Below are positions 23,177 through 35,090 of a DNA stretch of 64,000 bases, piece after piece (within the stretch, counting starts at the first letter, position 1; every line of letters begins with the position of its first letter). The stretch is taken from positions 4,442,862 through 4,506,861 of the forward strand of contig SMSO01000025.1 in assembly GCA_004764695.1 (NCBI GenBank). The letters are read 5' to 3'. The notes beneath the pieces are model-generated. The model saw only the letters and a program-made list of their open reading frames with translations, searched no databases and was not told the DNA's origin. A program made the translations under genes and the position numbers. This DNA comes from Schizochytrium sp. TIO01 (lineage: Eukaryota; Protista; Bigyra: Labyrinthulomycetes).

Positions 23177-24940
23177 TTACATAACCTGCAGTTCAACGGC
23201 TGACGAAGGCACTCGGGTAGAAGAGTGGCGCGAAAGCTCCCGGGTGCGGTCATTCTCATCGCTGTGGGAAGACATGACCTTGTCTTCAGCAATGATTTCG
23301 CCAGAGTTAGATTTTTCAATCAGGGAAGGCTGAAACTTGAGTGCACGCAATGTCTCCTGCTCAAGTTTGAAAGCGCGCTTCAAGTAAATTCCAAGCGCAA
23401 CAGAACAGGCCGTACTAAAGAGCGTTGCACACAGGAAGTAAATATAAGTACCCTTGCTCTTGATCTCATCGACGTTAAAGTCCGTAAGAGAGGACTTCTC
23501 GTAGATGGCAGTCTCAATGAGGCCAAGCAAAAACGGGCCAGGGCTGGTCACAGTAAAAGCAATGGAAAGGTTCACACTGCCATCGGCAACGCCACCGGGG
23601 AAGTTTGCTGTGGAAATGACGGCCATACAACTGACAATTCCTCCGAAACCAAAACCTACAAAGCAGCATGCTAGGTAAGCACCAGGGAGAGTGGGCCAAG
23701 CGACATAAATGACGATACCTGCAAACAACAGGGCATTCCAAAGAGTGTTGACATGGGGCCAGTTGAAGTGGGCATAAATGATGGTTGAAACGAGACGCGA
23801 CAGAATAATGAGGGCCAGGAAGGTCATAGTCAGATCGAACGTGACAGCATCGGCCATGTCATCATCGACAAGATCGCCAGCAAGGTTTCCAAGAGAGTTC
23901 AAAAAGATTGAGCCAATACCATATGCAAAAAATGCAGACACGGAAGTCAGCCAAACAACCGGGCTAGTCCAGTACTCCTTGCGTGTGGGCCTGCGCTCCG
24001 TAGCATACGCAGGTGGTGGGGTGCTCGAGCGAGAGGGAATTTCGGGGGCGATGCTAGATCCAACACGAGCATGAGATTCCGATGAAAAATCTTCAAGGGT
24101 GCCACCGAGTGAGTTTTGGTGAAGATCGATCGATGTGCTTCCCGCGGCGCCAGCTTGAGTGTCGTGCAAAAGGTTGCTGCCCAAGTCCTCCTGGTACTGA
24201 TTCTGTTGTTGCGAAGTAGACTTGATGCCTTCGCTCGGGAGGACGATGGATCCAGGGACCATGGAAGGCACCGGGATGTCAGGCACCGGGAGTTCCAGAG
24301 ACGGAATTTCCTCGAATCGGTCGCGCACCATGTACTTGATACGAAAAGCAGCACATGCAATGTAGATTCCAAGAATAACAATGTAGTTGTTTGTAAGGGT
24401 GAGAGGAGTCATGCCATAGTAGAAGAGAACCACAAAAAGACAACTGCCAATACCAAGAGAGAAGGACTGAAAAGCCGTAGCCTTGCGGCGCTTGGCCTTA
24501 TCACTCGCGAAGAGGTAGTTGGTGATGGTCATACTCTGATAGAATGAGATACCCAAGCCGGCACTCCAAAGTAAGAAACCAATACACACGAGGGGCATCG
24601 ATACAGTTTCATCAGCGTTGTCAGCATGGACCACGGTACCAATCAAAAGTCCCAAACCAGCGCATACAATAATGGCACTGATAACACTCACAAGACGGTC
24701 CATCTCGCTCGGACTGAGGTTTCTGAAGTTGCTCATGTAGAACTTAGCAAAAGGATACGAGATCAGACCATAGCCAAGTTGAAGCATAACACCAGCAATC
24801 ACGACATCCGAGCTCTCGAGACCTGCAGCCTGGAGCTTAGGCGTGAGCATTGGAAACGCATAAACGATACCATTAAAGGTGCATGTGAGCGTGCATGCGA
24901 GGAAGCACGCCCATGACTCAAACCACCCCTTGCCTGTCAT
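23177..24940 (-). CDS. MFS transporter, Nodulin-like/Mch1 family, array copy 1
   Basis: About 12 hydrophobic segments in a 6+6 layout. Motifs GIVYAFPMLTPKL, SPVVWLTSVSAFFAYGIGSIFLNSLGNL, GFGFGG. Confidence 0.88.
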   Translation of the reverse strand: MTGKGWFESWACFLACTLTCTFNGIVYAFPMLTPKLQAAGLESSDVVIAGVMLQLGYGLISYPFAKFYMSNFRNLSPSEMDRLVSVISAIIVCAGLGLLIGTVVHADNADETVSMPLVCIGFLLWSAGLGISFYQSMTITNYLFASDKAKRRKATAFQSFSLGIGSCLFVVLFYYGMTPLTLTNNYIVILGIYIACAAFRIKYMVRDRFEEIPSLELPVPDIPVPSMVPGSIVLPSEGIKSTSQQQNQYQEDLGSNLLHDTQAGAAGSTSIDLHQNSLGGTLEDFSSESHARVGSSIAPEIPSRSSTPPPAYATERRPTRKEYWTSPVVWLTSVSAFFAYGIGSIFLNSLGNLAGDLVDDDMADAVTFDLTMTFLALIILSRLVSTIIYAHFNWPHVNTLWNALLFAGIVIYVAWPTLPGAYLACCFVGFGFGGIVSCMAVISTANFPGGVADGSVNLSIAFTVTSPGPFLLGLIETAIYEKSSLTDFNVDEIKSKGTYIYFLCATLFSTACSVALGIYLKRAFKLEQETLRALKFQPSLIEKSNSGEIIAEDKVMSSHSDENDRTRELSRHSSTRVPSSAVELQVM

Positions 24941-24951
24941 TTGGCGCCCAC

Positions 24952-24983
<32 letters not shown>
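24952..24983. repeat. (GCA)10 / (CTG)n triplet repeat in the putative 5' UTR of MFS copy 1
   Basis: Read directly; 11 nt upstream of the ATG at 24940. Confidence 0.95.
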
Positions 24984-24984
<1 letters not shown>

Positions 24985-27068
24985 TTTACGTTTGCACGCG
25001 AAGGGTTTCGTTCGGTTTAAAGATGCTGCGTTTGGCGGACGTGCTCAGCAGCGGCGTCTTTTACTTGCAAGCAAGTGCGGCCTCAAAGCGAAAAGCAGCC
25101 CGCTCGGGAGGAAGTGAGCCGATCTCGTGGACGGGCTTTCTTTTTTCTTGATCACCTCGCCAGGGCCTCCTTGCTTGCCCTCCTAGCCCAGAAGCAGCTC
25201 AACTTCTCAGCTCGTCACTGCCCGCTCTTATCCATGAATTGGTCGTTTGGTCGCCCAATCAGCGTGTTGATGTTGATTTGTCGCAGTTCTTCCTTTCCTT
25301 TCCTCGCAATTCTGGCACGCTCATCATTTACACGTTCCACCCCTTGTCTTGTATCATATCTCCCCCTCCATATTCCCTTTCCATTCTCGATCATATTCTC
25401 TTGTTTGTAGAAGTGCCTCACTTCGACCTTCTCCAATGAAGAAGCTCGTCTCCTAAGGCTCTGATTGGGTGTGCAAGTGATGCAGCCGTGAAAGAGTGCA
25501 GGCGGTCGCAGCTGTTCCGATCACCTCACCTGCCTGGTTACCTGCCTACCTGCCATCGCTATCGAAGGATGAACCGAGGGCAGAAGCACCGGCGGCTCCC
25601 TGTTGGCAGTCTCATCGATTCCTGCCCTCCGTTCGAGTCTTGTAATGTGCGCACGGGACAGAAAGTCTTTCTTTCTTCATTCATTCTTTCTTTCTTTCTT
25701 TTCAATTCAATGCAACAATGCAACTCAATGCCATTCGATGCCATTCGATACAATCCGATGCCATTCGATGCAATTCAATCCTTCAAAGTCCTCAATGTGC
25801 TTCTCTGTGCCGCTCTGCTGTTGAATGAGCCGCGCTCTCCCCATTGGCCAAGGCCCGCGCGTGCGTTTGCCTGAGAGGCCTCTGCCTTTAAGACGTCGCA
25901 TGAGAAGTCGAGAGCCGCTGTTTCCACGAACAGCGCAAGCCCTCAGAGAGAGGGGGCATCGTGGGAGTCATGGCAGAGCTGGCGAATGGTTCTCGGCAAC
26001 TTGGGTCAGGAGTTACCGGAAGTTGCAGCGTTAGCAGTACCTATCGGTATTGTTAGGAGTGCCGGTGATGGTAAGTTTATCTCGAGTTATGGATCATGCC
26101 GGGCTAGCTTTCTTTCAGGTTCAAGGTCCAGGGCAAGCACAATTTAGAGCTCGCAGTCTGACATTGAAGGAATCTTGCTCGCTGGCTTAGTTGTGGCGTG
26201 CTGGGTAGGTTAGTTAGGCTGGGGTCGTGTGAGGATGGAAGAGCTTGGATTAGGTGGGAAGCTGTGAAGGTGCTAGAAACGTCAAGTCAGTGAACGGGAG
26301 TTGGAGAGAAGGATAGCCGGGTGTGCGGCTCTAGGGAATACACTACTGCTAGACACTGTTTCCATATCTTTAAGTACACTCTGTGACAGTGGTACGTAGT
26401 AGGTTAGTAACTATGTATAGGTGCAACTGCGCGAACAGGACGAGCAGAAATCTGGTCGCCACACTTAGTTCTTTTGGGGAATGGCCGCAATATCGTGGAA
26501 GCGGCTCCATGAAAAGTTGCAAGACGCCAGACATAATCACTGAAACCCTCTCTGTATTCAAGCGTGATGAGTCATCAAGCTGAAGATGATCTTGAGTGAA
26601 GTTGCAATTTTGGACACATACTGGAATCTCTGTATGGAGCTTCTGTGAAACACATAAGCACAACATATAATCAGTAGTCCTCTCAAAATGATAGGCAACC
26701 CGAACAGATTTGCAATATGCGGCTGCTGTGGCAGGCACATTGCAACTGCTGCTGCAGCTGAGCTATTGGGCGAAAGCAGTTTCTCGAAACGGTGCGCGCC
26801 GGATAAATACCTGCAACCTTCTAGTTCAAGTCATGGTGTCAGTAGGAGTAAACAAATCACACGGTGTGTGCGAGCATTCAGTTTATAATACCCTACGTCA
26901 ATTCCACCTGGTTCGGTGGGCAAAGAAATATCGAAAGTATTTGCAAGATAAAACGAATCTAAAACGCGATAAAATTTAAGATGTTGGAAATATATTTCTG
27001 ATTCACTGACCGGCACTGCAATGGAAAACTGAAGCGAGTACTTAAACTTTCAAGCTCCCGTGAATTGT

Positions 27069-28901
27069 TTACATAAATAAAAGCTCTAAAGCGGATGGCC
27101 CTGAGTCTGCAGAAGACCTACTCAATGCCCGCGATACGCGCGATGTTCCTTGGTGAGTTATGCGAGACAGTTCAATCTCCTGCTGGTCACGTGCACCATG
27201 GACAGCATGAGCTTCGTGACGAAAGTGGTCGCTCTGATGTTCTGCAAGCGCACGCAAAATATGACCTGGCTGGCTGTGTCGGCTAGAAGTCTCCCGTTCT
27301 AGTTTAAAAGATTTGTTCAGATAAACTCCAAGTGCTGCGGAGCAGGCGGTACTGAAAAAAGTGACACTTAGAAAATAAATGTAGGTGCTTATGCTTTTGA
27401 TCTCCGCCTCATTGAAATTCGTTAATGGAGATTTGGCATAGATTACCGTCATGAGAAGCAAAAGAACAAAGGGACCAAGGTTCATGAGTGAGAATGCGAC
27501 AGCCAGATTAATGGCGCTGTCCGCCACACCTCCAGGGAAACTGGTCGTAGAAATTACAGAGGTGCAGGTCATTATGCCACCGAAGCCAAAGCCGACCAAC
27601 CCTGTTGCTACATACGCCCCGGTGAGTGTTGGATAAGCAACGTATATGATGAGGCCTGCGAAGAGAAACACGTTCCAAATGGTGTTGATGTGTGCCCATT
27701 TAAAATGAGCGTAAATTATGAACACAAGAACGCGAGCAAATAGGACTAGCCCTAAAAAGGTCATAGTGAGAGAAAATGTAGTCTGGCTTACTGAGGACGC
27801 GTCTACTATTTCCTCAGCAAGGTTCCCCAGAGAGTAAAGGTAGATTGCCCCAATACCAAATGCAAAGAAACCTGACACGGTTGTTAGCCATACCACAGGA
27901 TCTTTCAAGTAGTCTAGTCGCGTTGGGCGTCGTGAAATCGTACGAATAAGCTGGTCGAGAGCCTGTGCTGTGCCACTCAATGACGTCTCATCCTCGTCAT
28001 CGTTGGTTTCACGCTCTAGCTCGATTGGTCTACTTTGCCGTGGTGAATAATCCAATGTGTTTCCTTCGAGGTCGTTGTTGACAATAACACCGCTACTTAC
28101 ATCTTCTGCATCATCAGTAAGCCGGCCCCTCTCTTCTAGTTCTGAATTATCCATAACCACAGCAGCCGAAGAAGAAGATGCAGAAGTTGCAAGTGCAAGT
28201 GAGTCACTCACAATGGATTCACCAGGAATATGTAAAGTAGGAATCTCGTCGAAACGATCTCGTACCATGTAACGAATGCGAACAGTTGAGATAAGAATAT
28301 ATATTGCAAAAAGCACCACATAAACATTGACCAAGGAAAAACTCGGAAGAGTGCAATAAAGCATCGCTGCAAAAAGACAGCTTGCAATTGCCTTCCCCAC
28401 TGACATAATTGAGACTGCCTTGCGCCGCAAACCCTTGTCCCTTGCAAAAAGAAAATTCACAATCGTTGTACTCTGAAAGAAAGAAACACCCATCCCAATA
28501 CTCCATAAAAAATGCCCCGTGCATGTGAGCGTCAGTGATAGTGGTACATGATGCTGATCGCTGTATATTAAACCCGAGATCAAGACACAAAATGCAATGC
28601 AAACTAGAAGAGTGCATGCCGCACTGACAAATCTATCGAGCGCAAAAGGGCTGAGATTTAGAACATTGCCATTGTAAAACTTTGCAAATGGATAAGAAAT
28701 CACCGCATACCCTAACTGCAGCATAACACCAACCATGACTATATCTGTGCCTTGTAATCCTGCTTCTTGAAGTTTGGGCGTGAAAATAGGAAATGCATAG
28801 ATAATGCCATTAAATGCACAAGTCAGGATACAAGCCAGATAACAGGCATGGGACTCAAATGCACCTCGCACGATGACTGAGGGATCCTCGGTGTCGAGCA
28901 T
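27069..28901 (-). CDS. MFS transporter, array copy 2
   Basis: Paralogous motifs; first ATG at 28901 (MLDTEDPS). Confidence 0.87.
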   Translation of the reverse strand: MLDTEDPSVIVRGAFESHACYLACILTCAFNGIIYAFPIFTPKLQEAGLQGTDIVMVGVMLQLGYAVISYPFAKFYNGNVLNLSPFALDRFVSAACTLLVCIAFCVLISGLIYSDQHHVPLSLTLTCTGHFLWSIGMGVSFFQSTTIVNFLFARDKGLRRKAVSIMSVGKAIASCLFAAMLYCTLPSFSLVNVYVVLFAIYILISTVRIRYMVRDRFDEIPTLHIPGESIVSDSLALATSASSSSAAVVMDNSELEERGRLTDDAEDVSSGVIVNNDLEGNTLDYSPRQSRPIELERETNDDEDETSLSGTAQALDQLIRTISRRPTRLDYLKDPVVWLTTVSGFFAFGIGAIYLYSLGNLAEEIVDASSVSQTTFSLTMTFLGLVLFARVLVFIIYAHFKWAHINTIWNVFLFAGLIIYVAYPTLTGAYVATGLVGFGFGGIMTCTSVISTTSFPGGVADSAINLAVAFSLMNLGPFVLLLLMTVIYAKSPLTNFNEAEIKSISTYIYFLSVTFFSTACSAALGVYLNKSFKLERETSSRHSQPGHILRALAEHQSDHFRHEAHAVHGARDQQEIELSRITHQGTSRVSRALSRSSADSGPSALELLFM

Positions 28902-30542
28902 GTTGATAACTGCAAGCGCTTCTCTCCAAAAACCAACGCCAGCTGGTCGCGTTATCAACCTGTTGAGGTTCTGCCTGGGCGTCCCTTGACCTCGGTGCCT
29001 AGTAGGGTCCACTTCTTTGATCGCCTAACTTTTAGGTGTCTCTTATATCGAGTTCTTCAAAACATAATATTCTAAGTAGCTACCTAAGCAGTAGTAGCTA
29101 CCTTGTTAATCTCGAGAAACAGAGCAGAAAGTCTCGGGTTTCATGAGGGATTTGGCAGTCAGTCACGCCACTCTTGGAGCTCTTAGAGTGCCCATATGAA
29201 TTGAATTGAATACCTCTCGAGCCTCAAGCCGAAGTCAATTGTAGCTGAAAGGCATGCGCGCATACTACTTTTACTTCACATATACGCACATTCTTGGAAC
29301 GCTGCTTGCTACTACTTACTAGATTATAGGCCATTGTAACACCATTCTGCCCATGCATGTTTGAGTTTCGATTCTTATTTTCTTTCTATAAAAAGGAATA
29401 GGCAATACCCACCCAGGTCTGTGCTGGCACAATTGGGAAACGTGGCACACGAATATAAGGATAACCAATCACATCTCTCTCGTAAAAACCCAGGAAACAA
29501 CATATTTATTTACAGGAGGTGGTGAAAGGCGCTTCGCGGTTTTATTTCTTCTTCGAGAAAAATGAGCAAAGAAAAGTAAAAACATTTCTATGGGATTCTC
29601 ATATATAGTATCCATAGAGCATATCTAATTACCCTTACTACCTGGTTGGCGCATGGCGAAATTATTCTCATCGAAAATTGTTGTCCAAACTTATTGATAA
29701 AAGGAGTCGTACTTAAGAGTGCTCGAAGCTTGGGATTTCGTCATTTACGAGGGCTTGTTAACATTTAATCGCGCAATGTAAAGAAACCCATCGTTATTGA
29801 TTAGAACAATAAGAAAGTATGATAGGAAAGAGGTTGTACGAAAACACAGTGCGAGTTCTCTGGAACAGACACCCTGCTATTCTTGTAGTGCTGGTTTATA
29901 CATGATGATGTGTAGAACCTACTCCTACTTATAGTGAAGCCTACCCGTGCGAAAGACAATTTTGATCTCAGAATAGATGATAAATGGATTATAACCTGTT
30001 TTTTGCTCACAAGCTTTTTGCTTCCAAGGCGAGAGGGGAAGGGGGGTTACGAAAGTAGCGCATCATTACTTCTTCACTCCACTAGTCAGAGGTAATCAGC
30101 TTAAATCCTTCAACTTAGGTAAAAACCCAGGCCAAGGCCAAAACAATCACTGATTACTTCCCAAAATCCCAAGATCTTAGTACTCGAATCAAGGACTGCA
30201 TAACTTAAATTCTCTATGACTACAAGCCCCAATCAATATTTTTAAACAATGGAGGGAGAATAATTCTCAGAAGAAGGGGCCGACAACAGAAGAATGAAAT
30301 TACGAGCCAACTATTCCAGGGTTCAATTTAGATCAATTCAGATATTCAGGAAATGAAATTTCCGCAAAGTCGCTGCTGGGCATTACGCTAAGTTAAACCT
30401 CAAGAATCCCTCCAAAATTTCATGTTAAAAAATTTAGATCGAACTTTATCAGAGAGAGGAGGGTGGAGAGACACAGAGAAAACAACAACAAAATTTTAAC
30501 AAATAGTTCCAAGCGTCGAGCAAGCGCTTCTAAGAAGTCTAC

Positions 30543-32264
30543 TTACATGAACAGAAGCTCGAGCTCGGATGGACCTGAATCAACAGATAAAGCACGCTGC
30601 GCTTGATTACGACGGGCAGACAGCTCCGCCTCTGCACGTTCAAGCTCGTCTGCTGAAAATTCCTCATCCGGAGGGGAAAGTATCAGGGATGATGTTGTGT
30701 TTCGAAGAACTCGCATGGTTTCTTGCTCGAGCTTGAACGCTTTCTTAAGATGGATGCCAAGCGCTACAGAGCTAGCAATACCTAAAAGAGTAACCCCGAA
30801 AAGGTAAATAAAAGTGCTACTGCGTGTAACATCCGAAATTCTCCAATCTGTGAGAGGGAACTTCTTGTACACGCTTGTCTGCACAAGAGCAAGAAGAAAA
30901 GGCGCCATACTGACCAATGTGAACGCAAAAGCCAGATTGATACTGCCGTCAGCAACACCCCCGGGAAAGTTGGCAGTTGATATTATTGCAGTGCAACTCA
31001 CAATGCCTCCAAAGCCGAAGCCTACGAGCGCACTGGCCCCATATGCCCCTGCTAGCGAAGGATAACACACGTAGAATATTAATCCTCCAAAAAGCATCAT
31101 GTTCCAGAGCGTGTTGATGTGCGGCCAATTATAGTGTGCATATATTACAATAACCGCAATGCGAGCGGTGATGATGAAAGCTAGGAAGGTTAAGACAAGA
31201 TAAAATGTTGTCTGATCTACTTGATCCGCTTCCACGAGCTCCTTCGCAAGGTCCCCAAGAGAATACAAAAACACGCCACCAGTGCCATAGGCAAAGAACA
31301 CGGAGACTGAAGTCAGCCATACCAATGGACTTGTAAGATAGTCCCGATGTGTAGGTCTTCTAGAAGTCATGTGGACTGGAGGTGGAGTGAATGCGCGTAA
31401 ATTCGTATTCGATGGATCTAGATCGAGAGACACGTTCGACGAAGTTTCGCTTTCTTGGTCTCTAACTAGTTCGGAGCTTGATAGCTGAGGCCAGCGTCCT
31501 GGGGTGCTCTCCTCTATGCTGGCGCCGACCTCAGCCGGTGCATCCGCACTAGACCTCCGAGGTGGTGAGATGGACGGAAGTACTGAGGACCCTGAGACAA
31601 CAAATTGTTGCGGAATTTGGAGCGTCGGAATTTCATCGAAACGGTCCCGAACCATGTAGCGAATACGAAATGTCGAGTTGAGGATTGAAATTGCAAAAAC
31701 CACAACGTAATCGTCTGCTAAAGTGAAGTATGGGAGGGTGTAGTAGAACAGGGCTGTGAAAAGACAGCTGCCGACGCCCAAACCGATTGACATAATAGAA
31801 ATGGCTTTGCGTCGCAACGCTTTGTCCTTTGCAAATAAGTAGCTCGCAATTGTTGTGCTCTGGTAGAACGAAACTCCCAATCCTAAACTAAACCAAAAAT
31901 ATCCTAGACATGTCAAAGGCAGTGAGAGGGATTCATTGTGATATTCTGCATAGCGAACGAGTCCCATAAGGAAACAAAGTGACAGGCTCACAACTAAAGT
32001 GCTCACAACGCTGACGAGGCGGTCGAGCGTAAAAGGACTGAGGTTCATGAAATTACCCATATAAAATCTCGCAAAGGGGTATGAAATGATGCCGTAACCT
32101 AGAAGCAACATAACACCGACCATAACAACCCCTGAGCTATCGAATCCTGCCTTGAGAAATTTGGGTGTGAGAATCGGAAATGCATACACAAATCCATTAA
32201 ACATACAAGTTAGAGTACATGCTAAATAGCATGCGTGTGACTCCCAGGACCCCTTGCCAATCAT
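30543..32264 (-). CDS. MFS transporter, array copy 3
   Basis: 573 aa, paralogous motifs, ATG start. Confidence 0.88.
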   Translation of the reverse strand: MIGKGSWESHACYLACTLTCMFNGFVYAFPILTPKFLKAGFDSSGVVMVGVMLLLGYGIISYPFARFYMGNFMNLSPFTLDRLVSVVSTLVVSLSLCFLMGLVRYAEYHNESLSLPLTCLGYFWFSLGLGVSFYQSTTIASYLFAKDKALRRKAISIMSIGLGVGSCLFTALFYYTLPYFTLADDYVVVFAISILNSTFRIRYMVRDRFDEIPTLQIPQQFVVSGSSVLPSISPPRRSSADAPAEVGASIEESTPGRWPQLSSSELVRDQESETSSNVSLDLDPSNTNLRAFTPPPVHMTSRRPTHRDYLTSPLVWLTSVSVFFAYGTGGVFLYSLGDLAKELVEADQVDQTTFYLVLTFLAFIITARIAVIVIYAHYNWPHINTLWNMMLFGGLIFYVCYPSLAGAYGASALVGFGFGGIVSCTAIISTANFPGGVADGSINLAFAFTLVSMAPFLLALVQTSVYKKFPLTDWRISDVTRSSTFIYLFGVTLLGIASSVALGIHLKKAFKLEQETMRVLRNTTSSLILSPPDEEFSADELERAEAELSARRNQAQRALSVDSGPSELELLFM

Positions 32265-33305
32265 TCTATAGTATCAAACAGTTCCTAGGTAGTGAGCAGG
32301 TATTGTGAAGTCAGAAAGCTTTCAGCCGATTCCCAGCCTTTATCAAATCAGCCGGTGTCACTCACGCACACAAGCCCCAACCAGCTGCGAAGCAAACCAG
32401 TCGGGGCTACCTGCGGCATACGAAGGCGTTCAAGAATAAGCCTCGCTAACTGCGTGGCAAGTGAGCTCAGGTCAAGTCTTTCGGCACGGTTCACGGAACG
32501 ATGTCTATATTGCTGGTTTGCCGAAAGTGGTCCAATGTTTTGCACAAGTTGATTCAAGCACCTTTCCAGGTTTTAAACATTATTAGGTTCAAGTTAAAAT
32601 CAAAATAGAAAATTGAATGAAAAAGACAGAAAAAGAAGTATTAACCTTATATAGCATCAATAAAATGAAAAGTTTTGTTGTGTCATTTTTAACTTACTAA
32701 AAACCTTGTCACGAAAGTAATACGCCTTTAATAAAGTTATGTATATATTACTTATTTAGGGCATAATAAGGTGGTGTTGGTAGGTTTCTAGTCGTGAGTG
32801 ACAGTAGGAAACTGCGCAAGATTGCGTGTTAGAATTGGATACAATGTTCATGATTTCAATACGGATAGCCTATTTCAGAAACGAGGCCTTGAAATCCACC
32901 AACACATGCCCGAATCTGAAAACTCAGGAACGCTGTCCTAATCAGTACGACAAACTAAAGGCTTCATCATAATGAAGTCTGGGTGTACTACTTAAAAAAT
33001 AAATAAAAAATCTTTCTTTTTCAAACATTATATAAAGTACATTAGCTAAGGTGCTACAAGGCAACCGGAGAGCTAAGTGGTAAGACAAGCTTAGTTCTTT
33101 GCAACTTCAGAGAATTCTTGGAATGTGCTAAAAGACAAATGCATCTGACTAGTCCTTGTGGGAATGTCAATGTCTTACCATAAGATCGAGTGGATTTCTT
33201 CAAAGAAACTTTATACATGAAATGTGTGCCACTTCATAAAGCGAAGTAGTAACAGAACTACTGGAAAACAGATAAAACAAAAGCTAACTATGAGATCGAT
33301 TTGTT

Positions 33306-35090
33306 TTACATAAACATCTTTTCTAGCGCAGATGGCTCAAGATCCGTAGTCGGTGAATTCCTTTCTCGGGAGTAGTAAGTAGAATTCATTTCTATTATCT
33401 GTTCTTGACATGATGCATCAGAAGCGGGGACTAGCTCAGGGACTGCAGGCTCGCTACGAAGCATCGATAAGCTTTCAAGTTCTAGCTTGGCAAGATGCTT
33501 CAGTTGAATGCCCAACGCAATAGAGCAGATCGTACTAAACAATGTAGCACTTAGAAAGTAAATATACGTGCTGGTACTTTTGATCTCAACCACATCGAAA
33601 CTTGAGAGAGAGGATTTTTCATAAATAACTGTCTGTATAAGACCAAGTATGAATGGGCCTGGACTGGTCACAGTGTATGCAATGGCGAGATTCATGCTCC
33701 CATCAAGAACTCCTCCTGGAAAACTGACTGTCGAAATCACAGCCATACAACTCACTATGCCTCCAAATCCGAACCCAATAAATGCAGAAGAAAGGTACGC
33801 TCCTGCTAAGCTGGGATATGCTACATAAATAACAAGACCTCCGAATAACATAGCGTTCCACATGGTATTAACATGTGGCCAATTCCAGTGCGCGTAGATA
33901 ATGGTGCCGACCAAGCGAGCAAGGATGATCATGGCCAGGAATGTCATTGTCAAATTGAAGGTTAATTTGTCAGCTTCTTCATCAGCGTTCACCAGAGCTT
34001 GTGCAAGGTTTCCTAGTGAATTCAAAAAAATTGAACCAATACCAAATGCGAAGAAGGCAGAGATTGCCGTGAGCCACACAACTGGGCTTTCCAGATACTC
34101 CTTCCGGGTTGGCCTGTGCTCGACAAATACTGGAGATTGTTGATCGCTTGTCGCGGGAGCAATAATGCCTGAGCTAATTCGAAGATGTGAATCATCGTTG
34201 TGAACAAGTCTCAGCTGATTTCCCTCAGCATTTGGCATAGGGGAGTGGATATCTCTCAGAGCAAGTTCGTTGGTCCCGTCAGACCCCGGTATTTCGAGAT
34301 CCTGGTGCCTCGAAGTCGCAAGAGAAGAAGAAGATGCAGAGGGTTCTTCTGATTCTCGTAATGTTGTATCAAGAGATGGCAAAACCAATGACCCAGGGAT
34401 CATTGAAGGCCCTGGGATCCGCAATGTTGGGATCTCTTCAAATCGATCGCGAACCATATACTTGACTCTGAGAACAGAGAACAACAAAAAGATGCAAAGA
34501 ATTGTAACGTAGTTGTTGACCAAAGACAGCGGTGTCATAGCATAGTAGAATAGGATTACAAAGGAACAACTTCCGATCCCCACAGCAAATGTCATGAAAG
34601 CAACTGCCTTACGACGGAGTGCTTTATCGCTAGCAAACAGAAAGTTGACAATTGTCATGCTTTGGTAGAATGAAAAACCTAACCCTGCGCTCCATAGGAA
34701 AAAACCAACGCAAACTAATGGCAATGAAAGAGGTGTTTGCTTATTCTCTGCGTGTACGACTGCCGCAATGAGCAAACATAGAGCTCCGCATACAATAATT
34801 GTAGTTATAATACTCACCAAACGATCCATGCCGAAAGGACTTAGATTCATGAAGTTGCTCGTATAAAATTTCGCGAATGGGTATGAGATGCTACCAAATC
34901 CGAGTTGCAACATCACACCAGCAATCACAACATCCGAGCTGTCAAGACCAGCGTCTTGCAACTTTGGAGTGAGCATTGGAAAGGCATAAATAATTCCATT
35001 AAAGGCACATGTTAATGCGCATGCCCAGAAGCATGCTTGCGATTCGAACCAGCCCTTAGCAGCATGTTCCGTATTGCTCCTACTAAACAT
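33306..35090 (-). CDS. MFS transporter, array copy 4
   Basis: 594 aa, paralogous motifs, ATG start. Confidence 0.88.
   Translation of the reverse strand: MFSRSNTEHAAKGWFESQACFWACALTCAFNGIIYAFPMLTPKLQDAGLDSSDVVIAGVMLQLGFGSISYPFAKFYTSNFMNLSPFGMDRLVSIITTIIVCGALCLLIAAVVHAENKQTPLSLPLVCVGFFLWSAGLGFSFYQSMTIVNFLFASDKALRRKAVAFMTFAVGIGSCSFVILFYYAMTPLSLVNNYVTILCIFLLFSVLRVKYMVRDRFEEIPTLRIPGPSMIPGSLVLPSLDTTLRESEEPSASSSSLATSRHQDLEIPGSDGTNELALRDIHSPMPNAEGNQLRLVHNDDSHLRISSGIIAPATSDQQSPVFVEHRPTRKEYLESPVVWLTAISAFFAFGIGSIFLNSLGNLAQALVNADEEADKLTFNLTMTFLAMIILARLVGTIIYAHWNWPHVNTMWNAMLFGGLVIYVAYPSLAGAYLSSAFIGFGFGGIVSCMAVISTVSFPGGVLDGSMNLAIAYTVTSPGPFILGLIQTVIYEKSSLSSFDVVEIKSTSTYIYFLSATLFSTICSIALGIQLKHLAKLELESLSMLRSEPAVPELVPASDASCQEQIIEMNSTYYSRERNSPTTDLEPSALEKMFM

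Noticed and set aside
26370-27016. Several 60-120 aa ORFs between copies 1 and 2
   Set aside because: No motifs and no consistent strand or frame.
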